Shown here piece by piece: positions 15,301 through 30,995 of a stretch of DNA of 64,000 bases. Below the pieces are notes generated by a model that saw only the letters and a list, made by a program, of their open reading frames with translations, did not search any database and had not been told where the DNA came from. This stretch comes from Eledone cirrhosa (lineage: Eukaryota). The DNA lies in contig OZ024745.1 of assembly GCA_964016885.1 (NCBI GenBank), forward strand, positions 82,708,001-82,772,000, read 5' to 3'. Made by a program: the position numbers and the translations under genes. Each line of letters begins with the position of its first letter. The first letter of the stretch is position 1.

Positions 15301-18300
15301 TACCACCATTACAGTGTACAATGTAGCCTTACATAACCCCTTTACCACCATTAGAGTTTACAATGTAGTCTTACATAACCCCTTTACCATCATTACAGTT
15401 GACAATGTAATCTTACATAACCCCTTTACCACCATTACAGTGGACAGTGTAGCCTTACATAACCCCTTTACCACCATTACAGTGGAAAATGTAGTCTTAC
15501 ATAACCCCTTTATCACGATTACAGTGGACAATGTAGTCTTACATAACCCATTTACCACCATTACAGTGGACAATGTAGTCTTACATAACCCCTTTACCAC
15601 CATTACAGTGGACAATGTAGCCTTACATAACCTCCTTACCACCATTACAGTGGGTAATGTAGTCTTACATAACCCCTTTACCACCATTACAGTGGACAAT
15701 GTAGTCTTACATAACCCTTTTATCACCATTACAGTAGACAATGTAGCCTTACATAACCACTTTACCACCATTACAGTGGGTAATGTAGCCTTACATAACC
15801 TCTTTACCACCATTTCAGTGGGTAATGTAGCCTTACATAACCCCTTTACCACCATTACAGAGGACAATGTAGTCTTACATAACCCCTTTGTCACCATTAC
15901 AGTGGACAATGTAGTCTTACATAACCCCTTTACCACCATTACAGTGGACAATGTAGTCTTACATAACCCCTTTACCACCATTAAAGTGGACAATGTAGTC
16001 TTACATAACCCCTTAACCACCATTACAGTGGACAATTTTGTCTTACATAACCCCTTTACCACCATTACAGTGGACAGTGTAGCCTTACATAACCCCTTTA
16101 CCACCATTACATTGGACAATGTAGCCTTACATAACCCCTTTACCACCATTACAGTGGACAATGTAGTCTTACATAACCCCTTTACCACCATTACAGTGGA
16201 CAATGTAGTCTTACATAACCCCTTTACCACCATTACAGTGGACAATTTAGTCTTACATAACCCCTTTACCACCATTACAGTGGACAATGTAGTCTTACAT
16301 AACCCCTTTACCACCATTACAGTGGAAAATGTAATCTTACATAACCCCTTTACCACCATTACAGTGGACAATGTAGCCTTACATAACCTCTTTACCACCA
16401 TTACAGTGGACAATGTAGTCTTACATAATCCCTTTACCACCATTACAGTGGACAATTTTGTCTTACATAGCCCCTTTACCACCATTACAGTGGACAGTGT
16501 AGCCTTACATAACCCCTTTACCACCATTACAGTGGACAGTGTAGCCTTACATAACCCCTTTACCACCATTACAGTGGACAATGTAGTCTTACATAACCCC
16601 TTTACCACCATTACAGTGCACACTATAGTCTTACATAACCCCTTTACCACCATTACAGTGGACAATGTAGTCTTACATAACCCCTTTACCACCATTACAG
16701 TGCACAATGTAGTCTTACATAACCCCTTTACCACCATTACAGTGGACAATGTAGTCTTACATAACCCCTTTACCACCATTACAATGGACAATGTAGTCTT
16801 ACATAACCCCTTTACCACCATTACAGTGGACAATGTAGTCTTACATAACCCCTTTACCACCATTACAATGGACAATGTAGTTTTTACATAACCCCTTTAC
16901 CAGCATTACAGTGGAAAATGTAATCTTACATAACCCCTTTATCACGATTACAGTGGACAATGTAGTCTTACATAACCCATTTACCACCATTACAGTGGAC
17001 AATGTAGTCTTACATAACCCCTTTACCACCATTACAGTGGACAATGTAGCCTTACATAACCTCCTTACCACCATTACAGTGGGTAATGTAGTCTTACATA
17101 ACCCCTTTACCACCATTACAGTGGACAATGTAGTCTTACATAACCCTTTTATCACCATTACAGTAGACAATGTAGCCTTACATAACCACTTTACCACCAT
17201 TACAGTGGGTAATGTAGCCTTACATAACCTCTTTACCACCATTTCAGTGGGTAATGTAGCCTTACATAACCCCTTTACCACCATTACAGAGGACAATGTA
17301 GTCTTACATAACCCCTTTGCCACCATTACAGTGGACAATGTAGTCTTACATAACCCCTTTACCACCATTACAGTGGACAATGTAGTCTTACATAGCCCCT
17401 TTACCACCATTACAGTGGACAATGTAGTCTTACATAACACATTTACCACCATTACAGTGAACAATGTAGCCTTACATAACCCCTTTACCACCGTTACAGT
17501 GGACAATGTAGTCTTACATAACCCCTTTACCTCCATTATAGTGGACAATTTTGTCTTACATAACCCCTTTACCACCATTACAGTGGACAGTGTAGCCTTA
17601 CATAACCCCTTTACCACCATTACAGTGGACAATGTAGTCTTACATAACCCCTTTACCACCATTACAGTGAACAATGTAGCCTTACATAACCCCATTACCA
17701 CCATTACAGTGGACAGTGTAGCCTTACATAACCCCTTTACCACCATTACAGTGGACAATGTAGTCTTACATAACCCCTTTACCACCATTACAGTTGACAA
17801 TGTAGTCTTACATAACCCCTTTACCACCATTACAGTTGACAATGTAATCTTACATAACCCCTTTACCACTATTACAGTGGACAGTGTAGCCTTACATAAC
17901 CCCTTTACCACCAATACAGTGGACAGTGTAGCCTTACATAACCCCTCTACCACCATTACAGTGGGTAATGTAGTCTTACATAACCTCTTTACCACCATTA
18001 CAGTGGACAATGTAGTCTTACATAACCCCTCTACCACCATTACAGTGGACAATGTAGTCTTACATAACCCCTTTACCACCATTACAGTGGAAATGTAGTC
18101 TTACATAACCCCTTTACCACCATTACAGTGGACAATGTAGCCTTACATAACCCCTTTACAACCATTACAGTGGACAGTGTAGCCTTACATAACCCCTTTA
18201 CCACCATTACAGTGGACAATGTAGTCTTACATAACCCCTTTACCACCATTACAGTTGACAATGTAGTCTTACATAACCCCTTTACCACCATTACAGTTGA

Positions 18301-19409
18301 CAATGTAATCTTACATAACCCCTTTACCACCATTACAGTGGACAGTGTAGCCTTACATAACCCCTCTACCACCATTACAGTGGGTAATGTAGTCTTACAT
18401 AACCCCTTTACCACCATTACAGTGGACAATGTAGTCTTACATAACCCCTTTACCACCATTACAGTTGACAATGTAGTCTTACATAACCCCTTTACCACCA
18501 TTACAGTTGACAATGTAATCTTACATAACCCCTTTACCACCATTACAGTGGACAGTGTAGCCTTACATAATCCCTTTACCACCATTAAAGTGGACAATGT
18601 AGTCTTACATAACCCCTTTACCACCATTACAGTGGACAATGTAGCCTTACTTAAACCCTTTACAACCATTACAGTTGACAATGTGGTCTTACATAACCCC
18701 TTTACCACCATTACAATGGACAATGTAGTCTAAGATAACCCCTTTATCACCATTACAGTGGACAATGTAGCCTTACATAACCCCTTTACCACCATTACAA
18801 TGGACAATGTAGTTTTTACATAACCCCTTTACCAGCATTACAGTGGAAAATGTAATCTTACATAACCCCTTTATCACGATTACAGTGGACAATGTAGTCT
18901 TATATAACCCATTTACCACCATTACAGTGGACAATGTAGTCTTACATAACCCCTTTACCACCATTACAGTGGACAATGTAGCCTTACATAACCTCCTTAC
19001 CACCATTACAGTGGGTAATGTAGTCTTACATAACCCCTTTACCACCATTACAGTGGACAATGTAGTCTTACATAACCCTTTTATCACCATTACAGTAGAC
19101 AATGTAGCCTTACATAACCACTTTACCACCATTACAGTGGGTAATGTAGCCTTACATAACCTCTTTACCACCATTTCAGTGGGTAATGTAGCCTTACATA
19201 ACCCATTTACCACCATTACAGAGGACAATGTAGTCTTACATAACCCCTTTGCCACCATTACAGTGGACAATGTAGTCTTACATAACCCCTTTACCACCAT
19301 TACAGTGGACAATGTAGTCTTACATAGCCCCTTTACCACCATTACAGTGGACAATGTAGTCTTACATAACACATTTACCACCATTACAGTGGACAATGTA
19401 GCCTTACAT

Positions 19410-21095
19410 AACCCCTTTACCACCGTTACAGTGGACAATGTAGTCTTACATGATCCCTTTACCACCATTACAGTGGACAATTTTGTCTTACATAGCCCCT
19501 TTACCACCATTACAGTGGACAGTGTAGCCTTACATAACCCCTTTACCACCATTACAGTGGAAAGTGTAGCCTTACATAACCCCTTTACCACCATTACAGT
19601 GGACAATGTAGTCTTACATAACCCTTTTATCACCATTACAGTAGACAATGTAGCCTTACATAACCCCTTTACCACCATTACAGTTGACAATGTAGTCTTA
19701 CATAATCCCTTTACCACCATTAAAGTGGACAATGTAGTCTTACATAACCCCTTTACCACCATTACAGTGGACAATGTAGCCTTACTTAAACCCTTTACAA
19801 CCATTACAGTTGACAATGTGGTCTTACATAACCCCTTTACCACCATGACAATGGACAATGTAGTCTAACATAACCCCTTTATCACCATTACAATGGACAA
19901 TGTAGTTTTTACATAACCCCTTTACCAGCATTACAGTGGAAAATGTAATCTTACATAACCCCTTTATCACGATTACAGTGGACAATGTAGTCTTACATAA
20001 CCCCTTTACCACCATTACAGTGGACAATGTAGTCTTACATAACCCTTTTATCACCATTACAGTAGACAATGTAGCCTTACATAACCACTTTACCACCATT
20101 ACAGTGGGTAATGTAGCCTTACATAACCCATTTACCACCATTACAGTGGACAGTGTAGCCTTACATAACCCCTTTACCACCATTACAGTGGACAGTGTAG
20201 CCTTACATAACCCCATTACCACCATTACAGTGGACAATGTAGTCTTACATAACCCCTTTACCACCATTACAGTGGACAATGTAGCCTTACATAACCCCTT
20301 TACCAACATTACAGTGGACAGTGTAGCCTTACATAACCCCTTTACCACCATTACAGTGGACAATGTAGTCTTACATAACCCCTTTACCACCATTACATTT
20401 GACAATGTAGTCTTACATAACCCCTTTACCACCATTACAGTTGACAATGTAATCTTACATAACCCCTTTACCACTATTACAGTGGACAGTGTAGCCTTAC
20501 ATAACCCTTTACCACCGTTACAGTGGACAATGTAGTCTTACATGATCCCTTTACCACCATTACAGTGGACAATTTTGTCTTACATAGCCCCTTTACCACC
20601 ATTACAGTGGACAGTGTAGCCTTACATAACCCCTTTACCACCATTACAGTGGACAGTGTAGCCTTACATAACCCCTTTACCACCATTACAGTGGACAATG
20701 TAGTCTTACATAACCCTTTTATCACCATTACAGTAGACAATGTAGCCTTACATAACCCCTTTACCACCATTACAGTTGACAATGTAGTCTTACATAATCC
20801 CTTTACCACCATTAAAGTGGACAATGTAGTCTTACATAACCCCTTTACCACCATTACAGTGGACAATGTAGCCTTACTTAAACCCTTTACAACCATTACA
20901 GTTGACAATGTGGTCTTACATAACCCCTTTACCACCATGACAATGGACAATGTAGTCTAACATAACCCCTTTATCACCATTACAATGGACAATGTAGTTT
21001 TTACATAACCCCTTTACCAGCATTACAGTGGAAAATGTAATCTTACATAACCCCTTTATCACGATTACAGTGGACAATGTAGTCTTACATAACCC
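19410..21095. repeat. 26-monomer higher-order repeat (1,092 bp period), ~1.5 units
   Basis: CATGATCCC variant G at 19452 and 20544; cassette starts at 19936 and 21028. 1092 = 26x42. Confidence 0.8.
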
Positions 21096-24000
21096 CTTTA
21101 CAACCATTACAGTGGACAGTGTAGCCTTACATAACCCCTTTACCACCATTACAGTGGACAATGTAGTCTTACATAACCCCTTTACCACCATTACAGTTGA
21201 CAATGTAGTCTTACATAACCCCTTTACCACCATTACAGTTGACAATGTAATCTTACATAACCCCTTTACCACCATTACAGTGGACAGTGTAGATTTACAT
21301 AACCGCTCTACCACCATTACAGTGGGTAATGTAGTCTTACATAACCCCTTTACCACCATTACAGTGGACAATGTAGTCTTACATAACCCCTTTACCACCA
21401 TTACAGTTGACAATGTAGTCTTACATAACCCCTTTACCACCATTACAGTTGACAATGTAATCTTACATAACCCCTTTACCACCATTACAGTGGACAGTGT
21501 AGCCTTACATAATCCCTTTACCACCATTAAAGTGGACAATGTAGTCTTACATAACCCCTTTACCACCATTACAGTGGACAATGTAGCCTTACTTAAACCC
21601 TTTACAACCATTACAGTTGACAATGTGGTCTTACATAACCCCTTTACCACCATTACAATGGACAATGTAGTCTAACATAACCCCTTTATCACCATTACAG
21701 TGGACAATGTAGCCTTACATAACCCCTTTACCACCATTACAATGGACAATGTAGTTTTTACATAACCCCTTTACCAGCATTACAGTGGAAAATGTAATCT
21801 TACATAACCCCTTTATCACGATTACAGTGGACAATGTAGTCTTACATAACCCATTTACCACCATTACAGTGGACAATGTAGTCTTACATAACCCCTTTAC
21901 CACCATTACAGTGGACAATGTAGCCTTACATAACCTCCTTACCACCATTACAGTGGGTAATGTAGTCTTACATAACCCCTTTACCACCATTACAGTGGAC
22001 AATGTAGTCTTACATAACCCTTTTATCACCATTACAGTAGACAATGTAGCCTTACATAACCACTTTACCACCATTACAGTGGGTAATGTAGCCTTACATA
22101 ACCTCTTTACCACCATTTCAGTGGGTAATGTAGCCTTACATAACCCATTTACCACCATTACAGAGGACAATGTAGTCTTACATAACCCCTTTGCCACCAT
22201 TACAGTGGACAATGTAGTCTTACATAACACATTTACCACCATTACAGTGGACAATGTAGCCTTACATAACCCCTTTACCACCGTTACAGTGGACAATGTA
22301 GTCTTACATAACCCCTTTACCTCCATTATAGTGGACAATTTTGTCTTACATAACCCCTTTACCACCATTACAGTGGACAGTGTAGCCTTACATAACCCCT
22401 TTACCACCATTACAGTGGACAGTGTAGCCTTACATAACCCCATTACCACCATTACAGTGGACACTGTAGTCTTACATAACCCCTTTACCACCATTACAGT
22501 GGACAATGTAGCCTTACATAACCCCTTTACCACCATTACAGTGGACAGTGTAGCCTTACATAACCCCTTTACCACCATTACAGTGGACAATGTAGTCTTA
22601 CATAACCCCTTTACCACCATTACAGTTGACAATGTAGTCTTACATAACCCCTTTACCACCATTACAGTTGACAATGTAATCTTACATAACCCCTTTACCA
22701 CTATTACAGTGGACAGCGTAGCCTTACATAACCCCTTTACCACCAATACAGTGGACAGTGTAGCCTTACATAACCCCTCTACCACCATTACAGTGGGTAA
22801 TGTAGTCTTACATAACCTCTTTACCACCATTACAGTGGACAATGTAGTCTTACATAACCCCTCTACCACCATTACAGTGGAAAATGTAGTCTTACATAAC
22901 CCCTTTACCACCATTACAGTGGAAATGTAGTCTTACATAACCCCTTTACCACCATTACAGTGGACAATGTAGCCTTACATAACCCCTTTACAACCATTAC
23001 AGTGGACAGTGTAGCCTTACATAACCCCTTTACCACCATTACAGTGGACAATGTAGTCTTACATAACCCCTTTACCACCATTACAGTTGACAATGTAGTC
23101 TTACATAACCCCTTTACCACCATTACAGTTGACAATGTAATCTTACATAACCCCTTTACCACCATTACAGTGGACAGTGTAGCCTTACATAACCCCTCTA
23201 CCACCATTACAGTGGGTAATGTAGTCTTACATAACCCCTTTACCACCATTACGGTGGACAATGTAGTCTTACATAACCACTTTACCACCATTACAGTGGA
23301 CAATGTAGTCTTACATGATCCCTTTACCACCATTACAGTGGACAATTTTGTCTTACATAGCCCCTTTACCACCATTACAGTGGACAGTGTAGCCTTACAT
23401 AACCGCTTTACCACCATTACAGTGGGTTAATTAGTCTTACATAACCCCTTTACCACCATTACAGTGGGCAATGTAGCCTTACATAACACCATTGCCACCA
23501 TTACAGTGGACAATGTAGTCTTACATAACCCCTTTACCTCCATTACAGTGGACAATGTAGTCTTACATACACTGTTTACCACCATTACAGTAGACAATGT
23601 AGTCTTACATAACCCCTTTACCACCATTACAGTGGACAATGTAGTCTTACATAACCCCTTTTACCACCACTACAGTGGACAATGTAGTCTTACATAACCC
23701 CTTTACCACCATTACAGTGGACAATGTAGCCATACATAACCCCTTTACCATCATTACAGTGGACAATGTAGTCTTACATAACCCCTTTACCACCATTACA
23801 GTGGACAATGTAGTCTTACATAACCTCTTTACCACCATTACAGTAGACAATGTAGTCTTACATAACCCCTTTACCACCATTACAGTGGAAAATGTAGTCT
23901 TACATAACCCCTTTATCACGATTACAGTGGACAATGTAGCCTTACATAACCCCTTTACCACCATTACAGTGGACAATGTAGTCTTACGTAACCCCTTTAT

Positions 24001-24269
24001 CACCATTACAGTGGACAATGTAGCCTTACATAACCCCTTTAACACCAGTACAGTGGACAACGTAGTCTTACATAACCCCTTTACCATCATTACAGTGGAC
24101 AATATAGTCTTACATAACCCCTTTACCAACATTACAGTGGGTAATGTAGTCTTACATAACCCCTTTACCACCATTACAGTGGACGGTGTAGCTTACATAA
24201 CCCCTTTGCCACCATTACAGTGGACAATGTAGTCTTACATAACCCCTTTACCACCATTACAGTGGACAA

Positions 24270-27200
24270 TGTAGTCTTACATAACCTCTTTACCACCATT
24301 ACAGTAGACAATGTAGTCTTACATATCCCCTTTATCACCATTACAGTGGGTTATGTAGTCTTACATAAACCCTTTACCACCATTACAGTGGACAATGTAG
24401 CCTTACATAACCCCTTTACCATCATTACAGTGGACAATGTAGTCTTACATAAGCCCTTTACCACCATTACAGTGGACAATGTAGCCTTACATAACCCCTT
24501 TACCACCATTACAGTGGACAATGTAGTCTTACATAACCCCTATACCACCATTACAGTGGACAATGTAGTCTTACATAACCCCTTTACCACCATTAAAGTG
24601 GACAATGTAGTCTTACATAACCCATTTACCACCATTTCAGTGGACAATGTAGTATTACATAACCCCTTTACCACCATTACAGTGGAGAGTGTAGCCTTAC
24701 ATAACCCCTTTACCACCATTACAGTGGACAGTGGTGTCTGGCATAACCCCTTTACCACCATTACAGTGGACAGTGGTGTCTGACATAACCCCTTTACCAC
24801 CATTACTGTGGACAATGTAGTCTTACATAACCCCTTTACCACCATTACAGTGGACAATGTAGTCTTACATAATCCCTTTACAACCATTACAGTGGATAGT
24901 GTTGTCTTACATAACCCCTTTACCACCATTACAGTGGACAATGTAGTCTTACATAACCCCTTTACCACCATTACGGTGGACAATGTAGCCTTACATAACC
25001 CCTTTACCACCATTACAGTGGGTTATGTAGTCTTACATAACCCATTTACCGCCATTACAGTGGACAATGTAACCTTACATAACCCCTTTACCACCATTAC
25101 AGTGGGTTATGTAGTCCTACATAACCGCTTTACCACCATTACAGTAGACAATGTAGTCTTACATAACCTCTTTACCACCATTACAGTTGACAATGTTGTC
25201 TTAAATAACCCCTTTACCACCATTACAGTGTACAATGTAGTCTTACATAACCCCTTTACAACCATTACAATTGACAATGTAGTCTTACATAACCCCTTTA
25301 CCACCATTACAGTGGAAATGTAGTCTTACATAACCCCTTTACCACCATTACAATGGACAATGTAGTCTTACATAACCTCTTTATCACCATTACAATGGAC
25401 AATGTAGTCTTACATAACCCCTTTACCACCATTACAATGGACAATGTAGTTTTTACATAACCCCTTTACCAGCATTACAGTGGAAAATGTAATCTTACAT
25501 AACCCCTTTATCACGATTACAGTGGACAATGTAGTCTTACATAACCCATTTACCACCATTACAGTGGACAATGTAGTCTTACATAACCCCTTTACCACCA
25601 TTACAGTGGACAATGTAGCCTTACATAACCTCCTTACCACCATTACAGTGGGTAATGTAGTCTTACATAACCCCTTTACCACCATTACAGTGGACAATGT
25701 AGTCTTACATAACCCTTTTATCACCATTACAGTAGATAATGTAGCCTTACATAACCACTTTACCACCATTACAGTGGGTAATGTAGCCTTACATAACCTC
25801 TTTACCACCATTTCAGTGGGTAATGTAGCCTTACATAACCCCTTTACCACCATTACAGCGGACACTGTAGTCTTACATAACCCCTTTACCACCATTACAC
25901 TGGACAATGTAGTCTTACATAACCCCTTTACCACCATTACAGTGGGTTATGTAGTCTTACATAACCCCTTAACCGCCATTACAGTGGACAATGTAACCTT
26001 ACATAACCCCTTTACCACCATTACAGTAGACAAAGTAGTCTTACATAACCTCTTTACAACCATTACAGTTGACAATGTAGCCTTACATAACCTCCTTACC
26101 ACCATTACAGTGGGTAATGTAGTCTTACATAACCCCTTTACCACCATTTCAGTGGGTAATGTAGCCTTACATAACCCCTTTACCACCATTACAGTGGACA
26201 ATGTAGTCTTACATAACCCCTTTACCACCATTACAGTGGACAATGTAGTCTTACATAACCTGTTTACCACCATTACAGTAGACAATGTAGTCTTACATAA
26301 CCCCTTTAGCACCATTACAGTGGACAATGTAGTCTTACATAACCCCTTTTACCACCATTACAGTGGACAATGTAGTCTTACATAACCCCTTTACCACCAT
26401 TACACTGGACAATGTAGTCTTACATAACCCCTTTATCACCATTACATTGGACAATGTAGCCTTACATAACCCCTTTACCATAATTACAGTGGGTAATGCA
26501 GTCTTACATAACCCCTTTACTACCATTACAGTGGAAAATGTAATCTTACATAACCCCTTCATCACGATTACAGTGGACAATGTAGCCTTACATAACCCCT
26601 TTACCACTATTACAGTGAACAATGTAGTCTTACATAACCCCTTTACCACCATTACAGTGGACAATGTAGCCTTACATAACCCCTTTACCACCATTAGAGT
26701 TTACAATGTAGTCTTACATAACCCCTTTACCATCATTACAGTTGACAATGTAATCTTACATAACCCCTTTACCACCATTACAGTGGAGAGTGTAGCCTTA
26801 CATAACCCCTTTACCACCATTACAGTGGAAAATGTAGTCTTACATAACCCCTCTACCACCATTACAGTGGGTAATGTAGTCTTACATAACCCCTTTACCA
26901 CCATTAAAGTGGACAATGTAGTCTTACATAACCCCTTAACCACCATTACAGTGGACAATTCTGTCTTACATAACCCCTTTACCACCATTACAGTGGACAG
27001 TGTAGCCTTACATAACCCCTTTACCACCATTACATTGGACAATGTAGCCTTACATAACCCCTTTACCACCATTACAGTGGACAATGTAGTCTTACATAAC
27101 CCCTTTACCACCATTAAAGTGGACAATGTAGTCTTACATAACCCCTTTACCACCATTACAGTGGACAATTTAGTCTTACATAACCCCTTTACCACCATTA

Positions 27201-30200
27201 CAGTGGACAATGTAGTCTTACATAACCCCTTTACCACCATTACAGTGGAAAATGTAGTCTTACATAACCCCTTTACCACCATTACAGTGGACAATGTAGC
27301 CTTACATAACCCCTTTACCACCATTACAGTGGACAATGTAGTCTTACATAATCCCTTTACCACCATTACAGTGGACAATTTTGTCTTACATAGCCCCTTT
27401 ACCACCATTACAGTGGACAGTGTAGCCTTACATAACCCCTTTACCACCATTACAGTGGACAGTGTAGCCTTACATAACCCCTTTACCACCATTACAGTGG
27501 ACAATGTAGTCTTACATAACCCCTTTACCACCATTACAGTGCACAATGTAGTCTTACATAACCCCTTTACCACCATTACAGTGGACAATGTAGTCTTACA
27601 TAACCCCTTTACCACCATTACAGTGCACAATGTAGTCTTACATAACCTCTTTACCACCATTACAGTAGACAATGTAGTCTTACATATCCCCTTTATCACC
27701 ATTACAGTGGGTTATGTAGTCTTACATAAACCCTTTACCACCATTACAGTGGACAATGTAGCCTTACATAACCCCTTTACCATCATTACAGTGGACAATG
27801 TAGTCTTACATAAGCCCTTTACCACCATTACAGTGGACAATGTAGCCTTACATAACCCCTTTACCACCATTACAGTGGACAATGTAGTCTTACATAACCC
27901 CTATACCACCATTACAGTGGACAATGTAGTCTTACATAACCCCTTTACCACCATTAAAGTGGACAATGTAGTCTTACATAACCCATTTACCACCATTTCA
28001 GTGGACAATGTAGTATTACATAACCCCTTTACCACCATTACAGTGGAGAGTGTAGCCTTACATAACCCCTTTACCACCATTACAGTGGACAGTGGTGTCT
28101 GGCATAACCCCTTTACCACCATTACAGTGGACAGTGGTGTCTGACATAACCCCTTTACCACCATTACTGTGGACAATGTAGTCTTACATAACCCCTTTAC
28201 CACCATTACAGTGGACAATGTAGTCTTACATAATCCCTTTACAACCATTACAGTGGATAGTGTTGTCTTACATAACCCCTTTACCACCATTACAGTGGAC
28301 AATGTAGTCTTACATAACCCCTTTACCACCATTACGGTGGACAATGTAGCCTTACATAACCCCTTTACCACCATTACAGTGGGTTATGTAGTCTTACATA
28401 ACCCATTTACCGCCATTACAGTGGACAATGTAACCTTACATAACCCCTTTACCACCATTACAGTGGGTTATGTAGTCCTACATAACCGCTTTACCACCAT
28501 TACAGTAGACAATGTAGTCTTACATAACCTCTTTACCACCATTACAGTTGACAATGTTGTCTTAAATAACCCCTTTACCACCATTACAGTGTACAATGTA
28601 GTCTTACATAACCCCTTTACAACCATTACAATTGACAATGTAGTCTTACATAACCCCTTTACCACCATTACAGTGGAAATGTAGTCTTACATAACCCCTT
28701 TACCACCATTACAATGGACAATGTAGTCTTACATAACCTCTTTATCACCATTACAATGGACAATGTAGTCTTACATAACCCCTTTACCACCATTACAATG
28801 GACAATGTAGTTTTTACATAACCCCTTTACCAGCATTACAGTGGAAAATGTAATCTTACATAACCCCTTTATCACGATTACAGTGGACAATGTAGTCTTA
28901 CATAACCCATTTACCACCATTACAGTGGACAATGTAGTCTTACATAACCCCTTTACCACCATTACAGTGGACAATGTAGCCTTACATAACCTCCTTACCA
29001 CCATTACAGTGGGTAATGTAGTCTTACATAACCCCTTTACCACCATTACAGTGGACAATGTAGTCTTACATAACCCTTTTATCACCATTACAGTAGATAA
29101 TGTAGCCTTACATAACCACTTTACCACCATTACAGTGGGTAATGTAGCCTTACATAACCTCTTTACCACCATTTCAGTGGGTAATGTAGCCTTACATAAC
29201 CCCTTTACCACCATTACAGCGGACACTGTAGTCTTACATAACCCCTTTACCACCATTACACTGGACAATGTAGTCTTACATAACCCCTTTACCACCATTA
29301 CAGTGGGTTATGTAGTCTTACATAACCCCTTAACCGCCATTACAGTGGACAATGTAACCTTACATAACCCCTTTACCACCATTACAGTAGACAAAGTAGT
29401 CTTACATAACCTCTTTACAACCATTACAGTTGACAATGTAGCCTTACATAACCTCCTTACCACCATTACAGTGGGTAATGTAGTCTTACATAACCCCTTT
29501 ACCACCATTTCAGTGGGTAATGTAGCCTTACATAACCCCTTTACCACCATTACAGTGGACAATGTAGTCTTACATAACCCCTTTACCACCATTACAGTGG
29601 ACAATGTAGTCTTACATAACCTGTTTACCACCATTACAGTAGACAATGTAGTCTTACATAACCCCTTTAGCACCATTACAGTGGACAATGTAGTCTTACA
29701 TAACCCCTTTTACCACCATTACAGTGGACAATGTAGTCTTACATAACCCCTTTACCACCATTACACTGGACAATGTAGTCTTACATAACCCCTTTATCAC
29801 CATTACATTGGACAATGTAGCCTTACATAACCCCTTTACCATAATTACAGTGGGTAATGCAGTCTTACATAACCCCTTTACTACCATTACAGTGGAAAAT
29901 GTAATCTTACATAACCCCTTCATCACGATTACAGTGGACAATGTAGCCTTACATAACCCCTTTACCACTATTACAGTGAACAATGTAGTCTTACATAACC
30001 CCTTTACCACCATTACAGTGGACAATGTAGCCTTACATAACCCCTTTACCACCATTAGAGTTTACAATGTAGTCTTACATAACCCCTTTACCATCATTAC
30101 AGTTGACAATGTAATCTTACATAACCCCTTTACCACCATTACAGTGGAGAGTGTAGCCTTACATAACCCCTTTACCACCATTACAGTGGAAAATGTAGTC

Positions 30201-30995
30201 TTACATAACCCCTCTACCACCATTACAGTGGGTAATGTAGTCTTACATAACCCCTTTACCACCATTAAAGTGGACAATGTAGTCTTACATAACCCCTTAA
30301 CCACCATTACAGTGGACAATTCTGTCTTACATAACCCCTTTACCACCATTACAGTGGACAGTGTAGCCTTACATAACCCCTTTACCACCATTACATTGGA
30401 CAATGTAGCCTTACATAACCCCTTTACCACCATTACAGTGGACAATGTAGTCTTACATAACCCCTTTACCACCATTAAAGTGGACAATGTAGTCTTACAT
30501 AACCCCTTTACCACCATTACAGTGGACAATTTAGTCTTACATAACCCCTTTACCACCATTACAGTGGACAATGTAGTCTTACATAACCCCTTTACCACCA
30601 TTACAGTGGAAAATGTAGTCTTACATAACCCCTTTACCACCATTACAGTGGACAATGTAGCCTTACATAACCCCTTTACCACCATTACAGTGGACAATGT
30701 AGTCTTACATAATCCCTTTACCACCATTACAGTGGACAATTTTGTCTTACATAGCCCCTTTACCACCATTACAGTGGACAGTGTAGCCTTACATAACCCC
30801 TTTACCACCATTACAGTGGACAGTGTAGCCTTACATAACCCCTTTACCACCATTACAGTGGACAATGTAGTCTTACATAACCCCTTTACCACCATTACAG
30901 TGCACAATGTAGTCTTACATAACCCCTTTACCACCATTACAGTGGACAATGTAGTCTTACATAACCCCTTTACCACCATTACAGTGCACAATGTA
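24270..30995. repeat. 80-monomer higher-order repeat, two full tandem units (3,361 bp)
   Basis: 24808/28169, 25480/28841 and 26363/29724 all differ by 3361 and have the same variant order. Confidence 0.88.

Larger units (their letters stand above)
59..26362. repeat. Macro-repeat copy 1 (26,304 bp = 626 monomers + 12 bp net indels); start point is arbitrary in phase
   Basis: ORF/variant pattern 59, 1865, 2537, 3420, 4849, 6740 recurs at +26304. My count of individual indels across this span sums to +12, matching 26304 - 626x42. Confidence 0.85.
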
